Below are positions 60,215 through 64,000 of a DNA stretch of 64,000 nt, piece after piece. The notes under the pieces are model-generated. The model worked only from the letters and a program-made list of their open reading frames with translations. It was not told where the DNA came from and ran no database searches. Position 1 is the first letter of the stretch; each line of letters starts with the position of its first letter. Origin of the DNA: a virus (lineage: Duplodnaviria > Caudoviricetes); the IMG/VR virus record IMGVR_UViG_3300030419_006251, positions 1 through 64,000 of that record; one strand, given 5' to 3'. The translations under genes and the position numbers were made by a program.

Positions 60215-61084
60215 TCATCGGTTAGGCCAAAAAAAGTCCGCCGTAAACGGTACCTCCAGTCGGGAATCTGTCCCGCACTCGGCGCACACAAAGGGCAGAG
60301 CCATATCAACATTTGGAACTAGACTATTATAAGCTACTCGCAAATATTGCGCATCCAAAGTAGGCATATTGTCAATAAAATTATTTAATTCATTTTTTGA
60401 ATTATATCCATCGACTGACACGACAAATTGTTTCATCTGTGTTGTGATTGGAGTTTCTTGCAGTCTATGTTTTTTACGATTCTCCACCACCTTCATTACA
60501 TGTTTCTCATCGTAACCATTTAACAGTCGAACTTCTGCTTGATATCCAGTTTTAGGCAACTTAATCAGAAATGTACTGTTCTCTGTTGGGCCCTCGATAT
60601 TCATATCAGCCCAAGAATCTCCATAGTTAATTCCAACCTCCATAAGATCAAAGTTGTTCGAACCTTCTGCACTACAGGCTGGGCAAATCGCCCTTGTTTC
60701 ATAATCAGCTCCGTATGCGTGTATCCTGGTTTGTACAAGAATTGCGTTTTTGTCGCCGATAAGAAGACTATTGACATCGACATTTTTGTCGACTAACACA
60801 CTCTGTATAAGTCGTTCGATGGCCAAGCCTTTCTTGAGCAAAGAGCGAGAAGTTAATATATCCTCGTCCTTAGCAGTCATGTGTCGAATCTCGACAACCT
60901 CTTGATTGTGCAGAGGATGATCCTCGGCGTAATATTTGCCCCGACTTGGCAACTCTACAAATTCGGTCGGAACAACAAATGATAAACCCTGCTTTTCTGC
61001 AGCGGCGTTAGCGGTCTGTACGGCCGCAGATGAAGGATCCGATGGGGCGGGGGCCCCAAGACGATCCCGATTGTTTCTAGACAT
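60215..61084 (-). CDS. baseplate hub/tail assembly chaperone (T4 gp26-like)
   Basis: 'FVELPSRGKYY', 'IRHMTAKDEDIL', 'LIGDKNAILV..RI.AYG', CPAC and CAEC pairs. Confidence 0.8.
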   Translation of the reverse strand: MSRNNRDRLGAPAPSDPSSAAVQTANAAAEKQGLSFVVPTEFVELPSRGKYYAEDHPLHNQEVVEIRHMTAKDEDILTSRSLLKKGLAIERLIQSVLVDKNVDVNSLLIGDKNAILVQTRIHAYGADYETRAICPACSAEGSNNFDLMEVGINYGDSWADMNIEGPTENSTFLIKLPKTGYQAEVRLLNGYDEKHVMKVVENRKKHRLQETPITTQMKQFVVSVDGYNSKNELNNFIDNMPTLDAQYLRVAYNSLVPNVDMALPFVCAECGTDSRLEVPFTADFFWPNR

Positions 61085-61150
61085 TTACACCTCGTTTTTA
61101 TTATACTATCATGAAACGATTGTTTGTTAAAATGATTTAATTTATGTTAT

Positions 61151-61837
61151 TTATTTCCAGATTCCAGTTGGGCCATAGTTTGTGATAACTTGAGACCTGT
61201 CGCTATCGTCGATGTCGCCGGCTGGACCATTTGAGCGCACATAGGTCGCCCAGTCATACCTTATTGATGTATCAACAGTAAGCATTTCATCACTTCCGTA
61301 ATCTAAACCAGATAGTCGAACACTTTTAAAGAAAGCATTATGCAGGGTCCATCTTTCAACTTCCAAACCATTAGCGTTGACAAGAACAATAGCAACATCG
61401 CCTAACTGATCAACCATAGCCTGTTTTCCTAAAGTCATTAGGTTCAGATCGACTCCTGTTCCCGCGCCTGTTTCCGGAGATGTAGACGGGCCAGCAGCAG
61501 ATGGAAAATTATATCCGGCTTGATTGAGCATTTGTAAAAATACATCTGCTGCTCCGTCGGCGCCGATGACATCAACAAAGGAAATACTAATTTCATTCCA
61601 CTCTACTCTGCCAGGATAATAAAACTTGTGATTAAGATATGTATGTTCTGTTTCTGAAACAGATAGAGACGGGCGGTCCACTCTTTTACATGCATACTGC
61701 AAAGAACTTCCTCCAGAAGAGATCGCGCCGCCGCCGCCATTGGTGGTCGATGGTGTGGATCCGAGGTTCGTAAACGAAACATACCATCTATAAGCTCTTT
61801 TAGGTTCTTGAGATGCGTTTCTCCAAAATTCTGCCAT
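61151..61837 (-). CDS. tail tube protein (T4 gp19-like)
   Basis: 'KRVDRPSLSVSETEH.YLNHKFYYPGRVEWNEISISFVD', 'WTLHNAF', 'LDYGSD', 'IRYDWA'. Confidence 0.85.
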   Translation of the reverse strand: MAEFWRNASQEPKRAYRWYVSFTNLGSTPSTTNGGGGAISSGGSSLQYACKRVDRPSLSVSETEHTYLNHKFYYPGRVEWNEISISFVDVIGADGAADVFLQMLNQAGYNFPSAAGPSTSPETGAGTGVDLNLMTLGKQAMVDQLGDVAIVLVNANGLEVERWTLHNAFFKSVRLSGLDYGSDEMLTVDTSIRYDWATYVRSNGPAGDIDDSDRSQVITNYGPTGIWK

Positions 61838-61859
61838 TTAAAATGTTCTCCCTTTGTTG

Positions 61860-61867
61860 TATATAGT
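61860..61867 (-). promoter_or_regulatory. putative late-promoter motif ACTATATA
   Basis: Between the sheath stop and the tube RBS (GGGAG). Confidence 0.45.
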
Positions 61868-61879
61868 CTTCATTTGTTT

Positions 61880-64000
61880 TTAGTCTTCAAAAGATGCTCC
61901 ACTTTTTGTAATAATAAAGTCAATTGCAATAAATTCAATCGCTCTAGCCGGCTTAAGGTAAACCTGAGCATAAAGAATGTTTCTATCGATCAGATCATCC
62001 GTGGTTGTGGTTTCATCTAACTTGACCAGATAATCGGTTAACCCGTAATTTGCCTTAACTCCCTCAAGGAAGGTATCAGCAGCTGATTTGAACTTGGCCC
62101 ATGTGTCGGAAACATTTGGCTCGAACAGTATTGTTGCTGCAATGATAGAAATTTCTTTCTTAACATGTAGAAGCAGACGGCGAACATTGATTCTATCCAA
62201 CGCGGAGGGAACCGCTTGAAGGGTCTTCTGACCAAACACCACAATTCCTTCTGCTGGGAACTTAGCAATTGGGTTGATGCTGTGCTCATACAAATCATCT
62301 CTCTGTTCAGATGTTAATCTAGTGTGCACATTCAACACCTTGAGGCCTGCTGCGCCGGTGTCTGAGCCCATGCTATCAAGCCCACCTCGTTTGAACCCGG
62401 CTGGGGCAAACCATGGTGCATTGTTCTCAATAGCTTGCGAGTATCCAAGAACACCGACAGCAATCGCAGAAGGCGGCAGCCAAAGTCTTCTTTTAGAACG
62501 AGAATCTTGAACCTGAACCCATGGATAATAAGCACAACCATAGCTGCTATCAGCCTCTCTGGATTTAAGATTGCTCACAATTGTCGTAACATTTCCGCGT
62601 CTTGCAGAGGCTGAATCACTAGATTCTGTACGCGGTACGAATCCACCTTCGATATCAATGATGGCCAAAGCATCCGCTCTATCTTCGCAGACCGAGAGGA
62701 GCTTATCTGTAAGGTTACGCTCAGTAAGCCCGGGCATAGAAAGGATATTGAATTCCACATACTCGGGATCTTGCAAAATCTCAGCTGCTCTCATGACGGT
62801 GTTATAAGCATAATTAAGTGTTCGGTCGCCACTACAATCATCAAGGAATGTGTTTCTAAAAGGTTCTGCTTCTTGCAGATCTAGTCCGTCATGACCACCA
62901 TGGAACATAGTAGTAAAGCGGTTGTAACCCATGTCGCAAAGGCCGCGGCGGTCATCAGAAAATGCGCCCGAAGCTGCTGTCCAGCTTCTCATCGCCGCAT
63001 CTGGGCGTACCGCAACAGAATTTTCGCGAGCGGAAGTTGTCTGACGGGAACCGGAAACATAATAAGCTCTGGGCTTCTGTATTTCAGAAGTGGCAGAACT
63101 AGGGCCAGCATTGTCTTCCAACTGAATATCGTCCAGTGTAAAGACCCAAGCATATTCCATATCATTTGCGTATGGGTCATCAACATATGAGGTATAATAA
63201 GATGGGACATGGCGCGCCACATCTTTCAGACTACGGTCAATGGAGTGAAGCGGGCCTTCGGTGCCTCTTGTTTTCTGGCGAGACCAGTCGACTCCAAAGC
63301 TTCTATGGTAATTTGCGTCCCATTTGTCTGCAATCTTAATAAGCTTTGGTGCGGGAAAATCAAACGATGCAGAATATGGCACGAGTCCGAGATGAAGTAG
63401 CGGCTGGGATGCCTCCGGCACATCTTTACCAGCCGTATGTGCAAAGTTTGCTAAGCCTACAACGGGGATGCTTCCCGATGCGTCAATAAATGCATTTGTG
63501 AATGCAGAACCGGTTGTTCCGGTAACTATTGCATTTTGCCCTCTGTGGTCCGCACCTCCGGAAAAGCCTGAGACCGTAAACTGTGAGATGTCGGTTGTTA
63601 TCGTCGTGTTTCCGGCATCTCCAGTCGTGGCCTGTGTAAATGTAATTGACTGAATACCATCTCCAGTACCAGTGATGGTGCCGGTTGTAATTTTGTCTTT
63701 TAGTGGCGAAGTAGCTGAGTTCAATGTATCTTTAAATTCATTTAATACAGTAGCTTGTGAATTTGAATTCAAGTTACACCTAACAGCGATACAAGTGCCT
63801 TCTGCCAATAAAGTTGCGGATGGGGTGCCTGTACCTAAATCAGAAGATGCGTCCAAAATAGTGCCTGAAGCAACTGCGTCAGTTTCCGAGGCGTCGGAAA
63901 GTATAAATATCCCTACCGTGCCATCTGCTGCTGTCATCTTAACATATTCACCTTCTGTGAATTGGTTGGCTGTTGCATCGTCGCCGTCTGCCGTTGTTAT
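61880..64000 (-). CDS. contractile tail sheath protein (5' end lies beyond the window)
   Basis: 'CAYYPWV', 'LPPS', 'PWFAPAG.KRG', 'INPI', 'GIVVFGQKTL', 'LDRINVRRL', 'FEPN', 'KPARAIEFI'; frame open to base 64000. Confidence 0.95.
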   Translation of the reverse strand: MTTADGDDATANQFTEGEYVKMTAADGTVGIFILSDASETDAVASGTILDASSDLGTGTPSATLLAEGTCIAVRCNLNSNSQATVLNEFKDTLNSATSPLKDKITTGTITGTGDGIQSITFTQATTGDAGNTTITTDISQFTVSGFSGGADHRGQNAIVTGTTGSAFTNAFIDASGSIPVVGLANFAHTAGKDVPEASQPLLHLGLVPYSASFDFPAPKLIKIADKWDANYHRSFGVDWSRQKTRGTEGPLHSIDRSLKDVARHVPSYYTSYVDDPYANDMEYAWVFTLDDIQLEDNAGPSSATSEIQKPRAYYVSGSRQTTSARENSVAVRPDAAMRSWTAASGAFSDDRRGLCDMGYNRFTTMFHGGHDGLDLQEAEPFRNTFLDDCSGDRTLNYAYNTVMRAAEILQDPEYVEFNILSMPGLTERNLTDKLLSVCEDRADALAIIDIEGGFVPRTESSDSASARRGNVTTIVSNLKSREADSSYGCAYYPWVQVQDSRSKRRLWLPPSAIAVGVLGYSQAIENNAPWFAPAGFKRGGLDSMGSDTGAAGLKVLNVHTRLTSEQRDDLYEHSINPIAKFPAEGIVVFGQKTLQAVPSALDRINVRRLLLHVKKEISIIAATILFEPNVSDTWAKFKSAADTFLEGVKANYGLTDYLVKLDETTTTDDLIDRNILYAQVYLKPARAIEFIAIDFIITKSGASFED

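Noticed and set aside
60211-60312. Upstream start (60312) for the gp51-like ORF
   Set aside because: That extension is simply the open +1 frame under the chaperone's Zn-finger codons; it is interpreted as part of the frameshift candidate instead
370-63653. Many plus-strand and nested minus-strand ORFs in the six-frame track (e.g. 5447-6328, 12307-12924, 53202-53840, 57591-58046)
   Set aside because: They lie antisense to or inside long motif-bearing genes, lack RBS or motifs, and all recognisable genes are on the minus strand; treated as shadow ORFs
1-64000. tRNA, rRNA, CRISPR array, reverse transcriptase/DGR, integrase or transposase
   Set aside because: Intergenic gaps are under 150 nt, with no cloverleaf, no regularly spaced repeats and no RT or recombinase motifs seen by eye
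1-64000. Stop-codon reassignment, as in some large phages
   Set aside because: Genes are full length in the standard code, with TAA, TGA and TAG all acting as stops at dense gene boundaries

Overview
This window is a segment of a large, probably jumbo, contractile-tailed (myovirus-type) bacteriophage genome. Every credible gene lies on the minus strand, and the genes are tightly packed with frequent ATGA/GTGA overlaps. In transcription order (high to low coordinates) it contains four parts. (1) A T4-like tail/baseplate module: sheath (truncated at the edge), tube, gp26/gp51-like chaperone pair, tape measure, two tube-initiator paralogs, LysM-like protein and hub. (2) A replication/nucleotide module: minimal family-A polymerase, degenerate tubulin/FtsZ-like protein, gp32-like SSB, RecA, 5'-3' exonuclease, DnaB-like helicase, class II RNR, DnaE, HNH, dUTPase, phage Dam and IMPDH. 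(3) Proteostasis and lysis genes: GroES, ClpP, amidase endolysin and GroEL. (4) Accessory membrane and lipoprotein genes. The most striking unexplained signal is a short peptide tag, about [FYH]xxW[RK]x[FY]LxE, present 10 times in 7 otherwise diverse ORFs. It sits at N-termini and directly before internal enzyme domains. The tagged cargo includes a SET methyltransferase, a Pol-beta nucleotidyltransferase, Nudix, HAD nucleotidase, zincin and M23 peptidase domains, and several of these genes follow a recurring CTA(T/A)(T/A)TA motif. By inference this is a capsid-targeting and protease-processing system that loads enzymes into the virion. Other candidates are an H-type pseudoknot between ssb and recA, a +1/-2 slippage site joining the tail chaperone ORFs, and over-abundant GCCGGC. 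No tRNA, rRNA, CRISPR array, reverse transcriptase or intein was seen. All family assignments come from motif recognition by eye, not database searches, and the host cannot be determined from this window.
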